From the NCBI GenBank assembly GCA_038087875.1, contig CM075988.1, positions 6,076,001-6,140,000 of the forward strand: 64,000 nucleotides of DNA, in the 5' to 3' direction. A program made the position numbers and the translations under genes. The DNA is from Malacoraja senta. Its lineage: Eukaryota. Each line of letters opens with the position of its first letter. Positions within the stretch are counted from its first letter, which is position 1. The notes beneath the pieces are model-generated. The model did no database searches. It was not told the DNA's origin and worked only from the letters and a program-made list of their open reading frames with translations. Below are positions 23,963-36,741 of this stretch, piece after piece.

Positions 23963-25020
23963 CACCATATGAGCTCAATTGTTTCTGATCATGTACTGCC
24001 TGGCAACTAGAAAGAATTACAATTGTATGTCCTTTACGGTGACACATTGGTGCAGTTGCTGCCTCACGGCGCCAGAGACCCGGGTCGATCCTCATCTCGG
24101 GTGCTACCTGGGTGGAGTTTGCACGTTCTCCCCGTGACCGCGTGGGTTTTCCCCAGGTGCTCCGGTTTCATCCCACATTCCGAAGACGTGTAGGTTTGTA
24201 GGTTGATTGGCTTCTGTAGGTTTTGCACAGTGTGTAGGATAGAACTAGCGAAAGGGTGATCGCTGGTTGGCTTGGACTCGGTGGGCCGAATGGCCCATTT
24301 CCTTGCTGTCTCTCTGAAATTAAAACTAATACTAAATTAGGGAAACATTTCCCGGCTTGTTATTTTGATTAGGAGTGTAGGGCCATTTCTAACTGGCTCA
24401 CCACCCGCCCAGTCTGCTCCTTGTACATTCTCCAGTGGACACCTTGATTGCTGTTTGATCCCACTGTTTCTAATGGGATCTTTGATGACATCTGATTCCC
24501 ATGAGGGTTTGTGCCAGACATCATTTTCTTTTGGGAATTGCTATTGGTAGCATTGCAAGGGAAAACATTATTGGAATAATAATGGAATAATCAGAGGAGG
24601 TAGAGTAGCTCAGCAGTAACATTCCGATCGATATCCCCGGAGAAAACTTATGCGGTAACAGGGAGAATGTGAAAATGTCACACAGACAGCACCTGTTGCC
24701 AGGATTGAACCTTGGTCCCCTGAGAACCCCGTTCAATCCTGGCTACAGGTGCTGTCTGTGTGGAGTTTGCACTTACCAGGTGGCCCCTTGACCTCTGGTG
24801 AGGCAGCAACACTGCTGCATTCCCATGAACCCAGATTCTAACACTCACTGGGGACAATTTACAGCAGCCAATTAACCCACCAACTTGCACTGCTCCAGGA
24901 TGTGGGAGGAAACCAGAGCACCCAGAGGAAGCCCACAGGGTTGCAGGGGAAGCTTCTGCAGATGCACCATAGGAAACATCCTGTCAGGTTGCATCACATC
25001 CTGCCTAAGACCCCTGAAAT

Positions 25021-25416
25021 CAAAGATCCTATAGCGGAGCAAGATAGACCACTCCTGCTAAATGCAATGGGCTGACGTGTAGTACGCAACGGAGCGGAAT
25101 GTGGGCCTTTTTTTCATCCATTTCCGTAACCCGACCCGACCCGACTCGCAGTATAATCAACGTTGCGGGGGAACAGTTTGTGTTAATAAATTAAAATTCT
25201 GAAAATGAGGAGAAGATTTTTACCAAATAACTTTTATTTTTACGAGGATGTTTCCGTAACCGGCTTCCGATCTCCGCACTGGTATCCTATGGGATCTTTT
25301 GTGTGGGGACGGAAGCCGGTTACGGAAATGGAGCCTTAAATTACCCATGAATCTGCCCATGACCGTACTACGTCTTTTTCGTCGAGTGGACCATCTTGCT
25401 CGCTGTAGGATCTTTG
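25021..25416. mobile_element. 396-bp MITE with CAAAG termini and 8-bp TSD (P-element-like or hAT)
   Basis: ~33-bp imperfect TIR caaagatcctatagcggagcaagatagaccactc / gagtggaccatcttgctcgctgtaggatctttg; TSD cctgaaat at 25013-25020 and 25417-25424; inserted in a Rex1-like fragment. Confidence 0.85.
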
Positions 25417-25721
25417 CCTGAAATCGCAGAGAGTAGTAGATGTGGCCCAGTCCACCAGACTGGCCAGACTTCCCACCATTGACACCCATGCTACCTCATC
25501 AAAGCAGTCAACATAATCAAATACCCACTCCCCGGTCATTCTTTCATCTCCCTGCTTCATCTGACAGAAGGTAAAGAAGCTTGAAAGCGCGCACCACAGA
25601 CTCAGGAACAGCTTCTGCCCCTCTGTGATCAAGCTTCTGCATGTCCCTTCCACAAGCTAGGGGACTGATCCAGTCAACTCTTGACCCCATTGTGAACATT
25701 GGACTGGGTTTATGGAACTGA

Positions 25722-26550
25722 TTTGGATTTGGATTTGGATTTGGATTTGGATTCAATTTATTGTCATTGTCTTCAATTAAGAGACAACAAAATACTATTT
25801 TCCTTACAGTCATACAAGTAAAAAAACACCAAACACAGAACACAATAGTTCACAACACAAACATCCCCACAGCGGCACCAACGTTCCCCACTGTGAGGGA
25901 AGGAACCAAAGTCCAGTCAACCTCCTCGCTGATGTTCCCCAATGTTCACCCGTGGTCAGGGCCTCCCGAGCACCCCGCAGTTGCCGCTACGGGCGGCCTG
26001 ATGTTCAGGCCCTCTCGCTGGGAACGATGGAACCCCGGCGTCGAAAGGTAGAACATCCTCAGCTGCCTGGACCTCTGAATCGGCCACCTCCCACCGGAGT
26101 CCGCGGCTCCCGATGTCCACAGGCCGAGCTGGGCGGAGATTCACGCTGGCGACCCCCGACAAAGGGTCCCAGGACTCCGCGATGTTAGTCAGCGCCGCCT
26201 GCGTTGAGAGCTCCGCAACCACAGCTCCGCGATATCGATGCAGCAGGTCCAACACTCTGGTGCTCCGAACGGACTCGCCCGCTCCGCGATGTATCCAGCG
26301 CTGCGTTGCCGCTGATGAAGCTGTGGTCCGGTCCCGGCAGGAAAGGCCGCGCCAATCCAGCTGGTAGGCCGCGAGGAGGGGGGCAGGACGCGACTCGGAT
26401 AATAGTTACATCCTCGCCAGGAAGTGACTGAAGGATGATTTCCCCCTTATTCCCCCTCTTCCCCCCACATAAAACACCAAAGAAAAAAAACTAAAGAACA
26501 TACTTTAAACATAACAAAAATAAAAAAGATACCAACTGATGCGCTAGAGT
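25722..26550 (-). mobile_element. GC-rich non-autonomous retroelement; relatives at ~48955-49310 and ~52352-53175
   Basis: Shared module aaacatcc(a/c)(c/t)cacag..cactgtga..gaagg; LINE-like AATAAA plus short-repeat tail on the minus strand; T-rich 5' part; no convincing ORF. Confidence 0.6.
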
Positions 26551-27183
26551 GCTGAGGACTAAGGGTAGGCATTTAGAACGGAGATGAGGAAAAACGTTTT
26601 CACCCTGAGAGTTGTGAATCTGTGGAATTCTCTGCCTCAGAAGGCAGTGGAGGCCAATTCTCTGGATGTTTTCAAGAGAGAGTTGGATAGAGCTCTTAAA
26701 GATAGCGGAGTCGGGATATGGTGAGAAGGTAGGAACGGGGTACTGATTGGGGATGATCAGCCATGATCACCTTGAATGGCGGTGTTGGCTCGAAGGGCCT
26801 AATGGCCTACTCCTGCACCTCTTGTCTATTGTCTATTGTCTAGCTATATTCTGCACTTTCTATCTTAGTCTTTGCTCTACCTGTTGTACTTTGATTTGAT
26901 TGCATGTATGTATACTATTATCTGATCTGCTTTAATAGCATGCAAAACAAAGCTTTTCACTGTACCTCAGTACACATGACAATAATAAACCTAAACCTAA
27001 ATATGTGCAAACTCCACACAATCTGCACACAATCAGTAAATCATACTATGCAAGGGCGCAATCATAAATAATTACAAAACTGCAACAATTGCAGTGTTGG
27101 AATAGTAGACTTCATCGAGGCAATACACTAGGAGGCGCCATGTTTCGGGCACCATCTTGTGCTCTTCAGTCGTCAAGTTGTTA

Positions 27184-27860
27184 AGGGCCTGTCCCACTTG
27201 GCCGTCATTCCGCGCCATTTACGCGACCTGCTAGCGTGTGGGTAGCGTGTGGGTAGCGCGTGGGTAGTACGTGGGTAGCGCAGGACGGGTCCATGGAGTG
27301 GTGTGGAGGAGTGTGGAGTGGCGTGGAGGAGTGTGGACTTCGTCCTGCACGAAATCTTCGCGCGCCACCGGCCTGTCGCGAAACTGACGGCCAAAGTGGG
27401 ACAGGCCCAAGACCCTGGCGCGGCGCAACGTCTCACCTCCAACAGCAGCAGAAGCAGGCAAACGATCGCCGAGCTCGGCCTGGGGCTCACGGCCGTTGCG
27501 GATCCGGATCCGCCCCCCACTCCTACTCCCAGAGCGGGACCAAGACGGTTGGAGATAGACACAAAATGCTGGAGTAACTCAGCGGGACCGGCGGCATCTC
27601 TGGAGAGAAGCAATGGGTGACGTTTCGGGTCGAGACCCTTCTTTCAGACTGAAGAAGAGTCTCGACACGAAACATCATCCATTCCTTCTCTCCAGAGATG
27701 CTGCCGGTCCCGCTGAGTTACTCCAGCATTTTGTGTCTATCTTCAAATGACGTCACACGCTCTCCAGACGGCTGTGCGGACGCATGATGACGAGCGCGAC
27801 CGTCGCGCGTCTGTCACTACCGGCCTGTCACGTAAATGACGGCCAAGTGGGACAGGCCCT
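27184..27860. mobile_element. Composite Harbinger-like MITE (one left TIR, two right TIRs) containing a Penelope-derived palindrome
   Basis: agggcctgtcccacttggcc at 27184; gccaaagtgggacaggccc ending ~27408; ggccaagtgggacaggccct ending 27860; TTAA flanks. Confidence 0.8.
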
Positions 27861-28329
27861 TAACTATAATATGTAGTCTTATCATGGCCCTAATGGCCCA
27901 TTGTCCTGGCGGACAATGGGCCATTAAGGCCATGATAAGACTACGGGTCGGCGTTGCAGGGAGCTCACTACTGGGATGACTTTGAAAATCCTGTACCAGG
28001 TGGCCCCTTCACCCACGGTGAGGTCCAGAGACCTCATTTCAGGCATTTATTGTCTCTGAATCTCATCAGAATTACAGTTTGCTCTCTGAATAAAATAAGA
28101 CATTGCTACCCATACACTCACCGCTGATGAGTCACCGTTGAATATGTAACCAAATACCACGAAAACAAACTGAATAAATGATTTAGCAAAATAGATCAGT
28201 GTATTATTTGTAATTTCTTTTTTGTTACTCTTCTGTGGGCAAAGAGTGACAGGAAATAACAGAGAAACAATGGGCAGAGGTTCTCTTTTATTTTCTCACC
28301 ATCATGATTCATGTAAAGACTATTGATGA

Positions 28330-29540
28330 GTGAATGAATGAATGAATACTTTATTGTCATTATAACATGTAAACATGTACAACGAAATTAGAAATGCCAA
28401 CCAGTCAGTGCACACATTTTCTTAGAGCAAAAGTCTAAGATAAACAACTAAACGAGAGCATCCTTACCAACTGCATCACAGTATGGTATGGCAACTGCTC
28501 TGTCTCCGACCGGAAAGCACTGCAGAGGGTGGTGAAAATTGCCCAACGCATCACCGGTTCCTCACTCCCCACCATTGAGTCTGTCCAAAGCAAGCGTTGT
28601 CTGCGAAGGGCGCTCAGCATCGCCAAGGACTGCTCTCACCCCAACCACAGACTGTTTACCCTCCTACCATCCGGGAGGCGCTACAGGTCTCTCCGTTGCC
28701 GGACCAGCAGGTCCAGGAACAGCTTCTTCCCTGCAGCGGTTACACTACTCAACACTGTACCTCGGTGACTGCCAATCGCACCCCCCCCCCCCCCCCCCGG
28801 ACACTCCTCCCACCAGGATTTATTAGATTAGATTTATTTATTTACTGCTCATATTTATGTCGCTCTTCTAGGGAGATGCTAACTGCATTTCGTTGTCTCT
28901 GTACTGTACACTGCACAATGACAATAAAGTTGAATCTGAATCTAAAATAAATAACATGAAAAAAAACACATTCTTCTGTCGATTTCCCAGTCCCTTTGGT
29001 GTGTAGCGCACCTGTACTCATTTGGTGGCTACATATTTATTGCTGTGGGATAAAAACTGTTTTTTAGTCTGTTTGTCCTTGTCCTCATTGATCTGTACCG
29101 TCTGCCTGACGGCAGCAGTTCAAACAGGGAGTGACCGGGGTGGAAAATGTCCTTTATGATCTTCTGGGATTTTATGAGACAGTGGGAACTGTGTAGGTCC
29201 TCCAAGGTGAGGAGAGGGCAGCCGATAATCTTCTGGGCGTTGTCAATTGCCCTCTGGAGTGCTTTCCTCTTAGCCGCTGTGCAGCTGGTGTACCACACGC
29301 ATACACAGTATGTTCAGATGCTCTCAATTGAGCATCGATAAAAGGATAGCAGCAGTCTCTGGGTGATGTTGTTCTTCCTGAGCACCCTCAGGAAGTACAG
29401 TCTCTGCTGGACCTTTTTCAGCAGCGCAGAGGTGTTCACGCTCCAAGTCAGGTCCTCCTCAATGTGGATTCCCAGGAAGCGGAAATCCACCACCCTTTCC
29501 ACACAGTCCCCATCGATGGTTAGTGGTGTAATGTCCGTTT
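28330..29540 (-). mobile_element. Rex1/Babar LINE 3' fragment (-) with a second Rex1 3' fragment (+, ~28450-28943) nested inside
   Basis: - strand: FRFLGIHIEEDLTWS..QRLYFLRVLRK..FYRCSIESI..LPSGRRYRS. + strand: LQRVVKIAQRITG..LLPSGRRYRSL..NSFFP. Near-duplicated tctaa(g/a)ataaa(c/t)aac at the junctions. Confidence 0.88.
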
Positions 29541-29857
29541 CAATGATGCTGGCTTCATTGTAGTTTTTTCCGTTCTCATTTTCCTGGCTGATGCTGGTAG
29601 ATTTGCTCCCATTGCCGACCTCTGTGGCCGACTTTGTGGGCCGGTGTCGTGGCTCCTAGGCGGACTGTTCTGCTACCTTTGGGCTACTCCCAGAGGCCAT
29701 GACCTTTGTTGGTCCAGAAAATCGGGGTGGTGGGCCTGAATTACCGAATCTTCAACAAGCCACTTTCAGGATGAAACATTCCTGCCCAAAATAACTTACC
29801 ACCAACATTATTTACCTTCATGGCCCCATTTTGTTCACCATTTTCAATACTTCACAC

Positions 29858-30170
29858 TTTAGTTTAGTTTAGAGATACAGCGCGTTAACAGGCCCTTCGG
29901 CCCACCGAGTCCGCACCGACCAGCGATCCCCGCACACTAACACTATCCTAGCGACAATTTTAAATTTTTACCGAAGCCAATTAACCTACAAACCTGTACG
30001 TCTTTGGAGTGTGGGAGGAAACCAAAGATATTGGACAAAAGCCACGCAGGTCACGGGGAGAAGGTACACACTCCATACTGACAGCACCTGTAGTCAGGAT
30101 CGAACCTGGGTCTCTGGCGACATAAACGCTGTCCGGCGGCAACTCTACTGTTGTGCTACCATGCCGTCCC
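29858..30170 (-). mobile_element. HE1-type V-SINE
   Basis: Full head/V-domain/tail structure on the minus strand. Confidence 0.88.
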
Positions 30171-30699
30171 AACTCAATTAAAAAAATATATAAACACCTC
30201 CAATCCCACTAACTGCTGCTCAGGACATAATGATTCATGGGACCATTTCTGCCCATCATTTCCCAATTAGCCCCATCACTTTCCCTCTGTTTCCCATTTT
30301 GCCAATTAATCCAATCTACAATTCCATCGTGGGCCCCACGAGAGATTCCCCCATCAGACATGCCTCACGACAAAAGCCTTGGCAAGGGTTTGATGTAAGT
30401 CAAGTTCCAGAAAACTTCCCAAGTGTGTTGTGACCTCAAAGAGTTTAGAAAAATCTTTGCATGACCTGCCTTTCATAAAGCTGTCAGTTTGGATTTGATG
30501 CTGATTATGTGACCTCTTTCAAGTTTGGCTTCACCACTTTCATAGCTACACATTGTCAGCATCATTGACAGATAATCCCTCGCCTTCTGTTTCTAATTTT
30601 AATGCCGAAGAAAGAATGCAGGAGTCCCAGGAGACCACCATTCCCATCTATATTATCACTGACTCAATGAAGTATTGAAAACCACTGCACCATTGCTGA

Positions 30700-31515
30700 T
30701 TGGAAACATTCCATGTTACAGTTGTACACAACGTTGGTGAGGCTGCATTTTGAGTACTGTCTTCAGTTTCGGTCACCCTGATATAGGAATGATGTTGTTA
30801 AGCTGGAAAGAGTGTGGAGAATATTTATGACGATGTTGCCAGTGTTTGTGGACCTGAGCTGTAGGGAGAGATTAGGCAGACTAGGACTTTATTCCTTGGA
30901 GTGCAGGAGGATGAAGGGTGATTTTATAGAGGTGTGTACGATCATGAGGGGAAGAGATACGGGTAGATGAACTCAGAGTCTTTTACCCAGAGTAGGGGAA
31001 TCAAGATGCAGAGGATATAGGATTAAGGTGAGAAGGGAAAGATTGTAGTAATTCATGCGTTGTGAGTAAAACAATCTTTATTGGCAAACACAATTGTTCA
31101 ATTGTGCGTTAAGTGAGAGCTCTAGCAAGGTCTCTGCTGCTGCTGTCGGACACACCTGTGGACTGATGACAATCTGCACTCGCGCCAACCTCCCGCCAAA
31201 CTCAGTCATGTGACCATTCCACCTCAACTGACGAGGGTTCGATCTATAAGTGGCTCAACCACCAGATGGCGCCACAAGATTTTATAGGAATCTCAGGGGA
31301 AACGTTTTCATACAGAGGGTGGTGTGTATGTGGAACGAGATGTCAGAGAAGGTAGTTGAAGCAGGTACAATAACAACATTTAAAAGACAGTTGTACAGGT
31401 ACATGGATAGGAAAGGTTGAGAAGGATATGGGCCAAATTGGGCAGGTGAGACTAATATAGATGAGGCATCTTTGTCAGCATGGACAAGTTGGGCCGATGG
31501 GCCTTTTTCCATGCC
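30700..31515 (+). mobile_element. Old CR1 3' fragment interrupted by a solo LTR
   Basis: LYTTLVRLHFEYC..LERV..RLGLYSLE-like sequence, continuing after 31280. Confidence 0.8.
31044..31276 (-). mobile_element. Solo LTR, 233 bp
   Basis: TG...CA ends, 4-bp TSD agat (31040-43 and 31277-80), AATAAA near the minus-strand 3' end. Confidence 0.8.
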
Positions 31516-31702
31516 CCATTACTGAATGACTCATCCATTGCAAGAAAACTGAGCTAAGTGGCTGGTTGACAAGTCTGAGAATAAAGAGAATTGATTTAAT
31601 TCATTAATGTCTCAATCAACTACTGTAACTTCTTTAGGTGGAAGAAAGTCAGGGTATTGAGACGAAAACGTCTCTGAGAAAGTCAGGTATATTGGGACAA
31701 AA

Positions 31703-32285
31703 AAGACACAAAGAGCTGGAGTAATTCATTGGATCAGGCAGCCTCTCTGGAGAATATGGACCGGTGATGTTACAAGTCGGGACCTTTCTTCAGACTGATT
31801 GTAGGTGTTTGGAAACAAAGTTGGAAGAGTGGAGGGGTACAAAGTCTGGCGGGTAATAGGTGGATGGCAGCATCTGCAGTTCCTTCCTACACAGGTAATA
31901 GGTGGATGCAGGTGAGGGGGCATGTTTTGATGTACACAATGGTTGGACAAAGGCCAGAGATGAAAAATCAGGCGTGAGACAAAAGGATAGAAGAGTCGCA
32001 AATTGTGAAGCTAGATGAAGGAATGTAGGTGGAAGGGGAGAGGGAAGGGAGAAATAGGTGGATGCCCAGATGGGAAAAGGGTTGGGGGGGGAGGGGGGGT
32101 GGCGAAATGGGAGGGTGGCAGAAGAAGGGGATGGGTGAAGTTTGTTTTTGGCTAATTTGGAGATTCAATATTTATACCATTGGGTTGTAAGTTCCAAAGT
32201 GGAATATGAGGTGCTGTTCCTCCGTCACTCTGGCAATGGAGGAGGTCCAGACAGAAAGGTCAGCATGAGAATGGGAATAGGAATA
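31703..32285 (-). mobile_element. Penelope-like element 3' end: GIY-YIG endonuclease C-terminus, 3'UTR and hammerhead-bearing terminus
   Basis: Minus peptide SHSHADLSV..EEQHLIFHFGTYNP resembles the PLE C-terminal motif (HS..DL.V....EE..LIF.LG.L.P.G.N). It is followed by a pyrimidine-rich UTR and the same ctgaaga..agatgctgcc..tactccagc module as the short copies. Confidence 0.8.
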
Positions 32286-32364
32286 ACAGGGGCATAGAGG
32301 TTGTGACATCATGTTGCAGTTGTACAAGACGTTCATGAGGCTACACACGTTGAGCTGGTGCCTT

Positions 32365-34330
32365 ACATAGAAACATAGAAACATAGAAAATAGGTGCAGG
32401 AGTAGGCCATTCGGCCCTTCGAGCCTGCACCGCCATTCAATATGATCATGGCTGATCATCCAACTCAGTATCCCGTACCTGCCTTCTCTCCATACCCCCT
32501 GATCCCTTTAGCACAAGGGCCACATCTAACTCCCTCTTAAATATAGCCAATGAACTGGCCTCAACTACCTTCTGTGGCAGAGAATTCCAGAGATTCACCA
32601 CCCTCTGTGTGAAAAATGTTTTTCTCATCTCGGTCCTAAAAGATTTCCCCCTTATCCTTAAACTGTGACCACTTGTTCTGGACTTCCCCAACATCGGGAA
32701 CAATCTTCCTGCATCTAGCCTGTCCAACCCCTTAAGAATTTTGTAAGTTTCTATAAGATCCCCCCTCGATCTTCTAAAATCTAGCGAGTACAAGCCGAGT
32801 CTATCCAGTCTTTCTTCATATGAAAGTCCTGACATCCCAGGAATCAGTCTGGTGAACCTTCTCTGTACTTGCTCTATGGCAAGAATGTCTTTCCTCAGAT
32901 TTGGAGACCAAAACTGTACACAATACTCCAGGTGTGGTCTCACCAAGACCCTGTACAACTGCAGTAGAACCTCCCTGCTCCTATACTCAAATCCTTTTGC
33001 TATGAATGCTAACATACCATTTGCTTTCTTCACTGCCTGCTGCACCTGCATGCCTACTTTCAATGACTGGTGTACCATGACACCCAGGTCTCGTTGCATC
33101 TCCCCCTTTTCCTAATCGGCCACCATTCAGATAATAGTCTATTTTCCTGTTTTTGCCACCAAAGTGGATAACCTCACATTTATCCACATTATACTGCATC
33201 TGCCATGCATTGCCCACTCACCCAGCCTATCCAAGTCACCTTGCAGCCTCCTAGCATCCTCCTCACAGCTAACACTGCCCCCCAGCTTTGTGTCATCCAC
33301 AAACTTGGAGATGTTGCATTCAATTCCCTCGTCCAAATCATTAATGTATATTGTAAATAGCTGGGGTCCCAGCACTGAGCCTTGCGGTCCTAGTCACTGC
33401 CTGCCATTCTGAAAAGGACCCGTTTACTCCTACTCTTTGTTTCCTGTCTGCCAGCCAGTTCTCTATCCACATCAATACTAAAACCCCCATTACCGTGTGC
33501 TTTAAGTTTGTATACTAATCTCTTATGTGGGACCTTGTCGAAAGCCTTTTGAAAGTCCAGATATAACACATCCACTGGTTCTCCCTTATCCACTCTACTA
33601 GTTACATCTTCGAATAATTATATAAGATTCGTCAGACATGATTTACCTTTCGTAAATCCATGCTGACTTTGTCCAATGATTTCACCACTTTCCAAATGTG
33701 CTGCTATCCCATTTTTAATAACTGACTCTAGCAGTTTCCCCACTACCGATGTTAGACTAACTGTTCTGTAATTCCCCGTTTTCTCTCTCCCTCCCTTTTT
33801 AAAAAGTGGGGTTACATTAGCTACCCTTCAATCCTCAGGAACTACTCCAGAATCTAAAGAGTTTTGAAAAATTATCACTAATGCATCCACTATTTCTGGG
33901 GCTACTTCCTTAAGTACTCTGGGATGCAGCCTATCTGGCCCTGGGGATTTATCGGCCTTTAATCCATTCAATTTACCTAACACCACTTCCCGGCTAACCT
34001 GGATTTCACTGAGTTCCTCCATCCCATTTGACCCCCGGTCCCCTGGTATTTCCGGCAGATTATTTATGTCTTCCTCAGTGAAGACAGAACCAAAGTAGTT
34101 ATTCAATTGGTCTGCCATGTCCTTGTTCCCCCATGATCAATTCACCTGTTTCTGACTGCAAGGGACCTACATTTGTTTTAACTAATCTTTTTCTCTTCAC
34201 ATATCTATAAAAACTTTTGTAGTCAGTTTTTATGTTCCTTGCCAGTTTTCTTTCATAATCTATTTTCCCTTTCCTAATTAAGCCCTTTGTCCTCCTCTGC
34301 TGGACTCTGAAATTTCTCCCAGTCCTCTGT
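32365..34330 (-). mobile_element. 5'-truncated CR1/HER1 LINE (RT), disrupted
   Basis: ORFs 32446-33099, 33139-33375, 33390-33593 and 33828-34118 are near-identical to the other CR1 copies; (TTTCTATG)n tail. Confidence 0.95.
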
Positions 34331-35072
34331 TACAGCACTGGAGACCTGGGTTTGATCCTGACCTGAGGTGCTGTCTGTGTGGAGTTTGCACATTCTCCCT
34401 GTGGCCGCGTGGATTTCCTCATAGTGCTCTGGTTTCCTCCCACATCCCAAAGACGTGCGGGTTTATTGGTGAATTAGACTCTGGAAATTGCCCCTTGAGT
34501 GTAGCGAGTGGATGAGAAAATGGGATAGTGTGTGCGGGTGATTGATGGAAGGTGTGGACTGGCTTCCATGCTGCATCTCTAAACTAAACGGTGGCGTAGC
34601 GGTAGAACTACTGCCTTACAGCGCCAGAGGACCCAGGTTCGATCCTGACTACGGGTGTTGTTTGTACAGAGTTTGTACCTTCTCCCTGTGACCACATGGG
34701 TTTTCTCCAGGTGTTGTTGATTCCTCCCACATACACATCAAAACATACAGGTTTGTGGGTTAATTGGCTTTGGTAAAAATTGTAAATTGTTGGATAGAGC
34801 TTGATGGGCTGAATGTGTGTGTGTGTGTTAGTGTGCGGGGCTTGATGGTTGGCATGGACTCGGTGGGCCGAAGGGCCTGATTCCGCATTGTATCTCTAAA
34901 CTTTAAAAAACCTGCACGCCTTTGGAATGTGGGGAGAAAACTGGAGCACCCAGTGAAAACCCACGCGGTCACAGGGAGAACGTGCAAACTCCTTACAGGC
35001 ACCACCCGTGGTCAGGAGCGAGCCCGGGTCTCTGGCGATGTAAGGCAGCAACTCTACCGCTGCGCCACCGTG
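34331..35072. mobile_element. Three adjacent HE1/V-SINEs (+, +, -)
   Basis: V-domains at ~34370, ~34655 (+) and ~34940-34990 (-). Confidence 0.85.
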
Positions 35073-35623
35073 CTGGCTCTTTATCTCTGAGGGAAGCGGA
35101 GAACAGGGTCAGAGTCCACGGATTTGATCTTAATGCTTTCCGTGGGACAGTCTCATGTGGCGGAGCTATTGACAGTCTTCCCATCAAAGGGAGATCACTG
35201 TAATATCTTCAGAAGAGGTTTAACCAGGGAAAGGTCACTGCAGAGTGCTTACATATGTTTGCCAGTCACACTTTAATATATACCCTGTAGTCAGGAATGT
35301 ACTTTCTCTATTTCACTGCTGTATTTGTGGTCAAACACACAGATGCCTGCACATAACATCACTTCCCGATACCCTGCTGCACATTCCGAGACGTCTAGAG
35401 AGTGTACACCTGCGTCTCCCTGATAATCAGTTCTCCTCGCCATTATCCATCTAATCACTTCCACAAGCTGGGGGGAAGGGAAGCAACATTTGGCATCCTC
35501 TTCATATCAGTGCCATGGTTATCAGAGATTCCTGCTCGATTAGTACCGGGCAACGGCATTTACAACAGTCTGGTATAAGAGAGTAAGACTCTCTTACTCT
35601 TACTCTCTGCCCTTACACTCTCT

Positions 35624-35946
35624 GGGGCAGCACGGTGGCGCAGCGGTAGAGTTGCTGCCTTACAGCGCCAGGGATCCGGATGCAATCCTGACCACGGGTG
35701 CTGTCTTTACGGAGTTTGTACGTTCTCACCGTCACCTGCGTGGATTTTCTCCAGGCGCTCCAGTTTCCTCCCACATTCCAAAGACGTACAGCTTTGTAGG
35801 TTAAATGGCTTCGTGAAAATGGTGAATTGTCCCCAGTGTGTGTAGGATAACGTTAGTGTGCAGGGATCACTTGTCGGCGCGGACTCGATGGGCCGAAGGG
35901 CCTGTTTCTGCGCTGTATCTCTAAACTAAACTAAACTAAACTAAAC
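35624..35946 (+). mobile_element. Full-length HE1-type V-SINE
   Basis: ggggcagcacggtggcgcagcggtagag head, V-domain, gggccgaagggcctgtttc tail plus (CTAAA)n. Confidence 0.92.
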
Positions 35947-35990
35947 ATAAGCAGGCTTCAATGCAAATTCTTCTTGTTGTTTTATTTTTG

Positions 35991-35992
<2 letters not shown>

Positions 35993-36061
<69 letters not shown>

Positions 36062-36075
36062 CATTATTATTATTA
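35993..36075. repeat. (TTA)n microsatellite
   Basis: Directly visible. Confidence 0.95.
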
Positions 36076-36741
36076 AGCGAATAAACATTTAGTGCAAGAT
36101 AAAGTCCAGTAAAGTCCCAAAAAAGATAGTGCAAGGGTCGCCAATGAGGTAGATGGGAGGTCAGGACCACTCTCTAGTTGCTGATAGGATGGTTCTGTTC
36201 CCTGATCACAGTTGGGAAGAGACTGTTAGCTCAGTGGTCATGTTTTGTTTAGAGATACAACAGGGAAACAGGCACTTCAATCCATTATCACAAAGTGACG
36301 TTGTGACAAGAAGTCATAATTTGGCCACCAAAGCAAAGGCAAATATTTTTTAAATGGTGAGATACTTGGACAATGATGTTCAGAGAGACCTGAATGTCCA
36401 TTTACAGCAGGCACTGAAAACCAACATCCAGAAAACCAACAGCAAGAGAATAGAAAGGTAAGTGTTAGTTTTAATTTAGTTTTGAGATACAGCGCAGAAA
36501 CAGATCCTTCGGCCCACCGGGTCCACATCGACGCACATTAACATTATCCTACACACACTAAGGGCAATTTTTACACTATACCAAACCAATTTATCTAAAA
36601 ACGCATAGGTCTTTGGAGTGTGGGACAAAACCGAAGATCTCGGAGAAAACCCACGCGGTCACGGGGAAAACATACAAACTCTGTACAGACAGCACCTGTA
36701 GTCAGGATCGAACCTGGGTCTTAGGCACTGCAAGCACTGTA

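Noticed and set aside
28124..28170. ctgatgag...cgaaa as another hammerhead
   Set aside because: No convincing stem II and no stem III or NUH triplet
29545..29800. Possible coding exon in unique GC-moderate sequence
   Set aside because: Frames examined are short or stop-interrupted, with no recognisable peptide or paired splice sites
35624..35700. tRNA genes
   Set aside because: tRNA-like heads are followed by the V-domain and LINE tail, so they are SINEs
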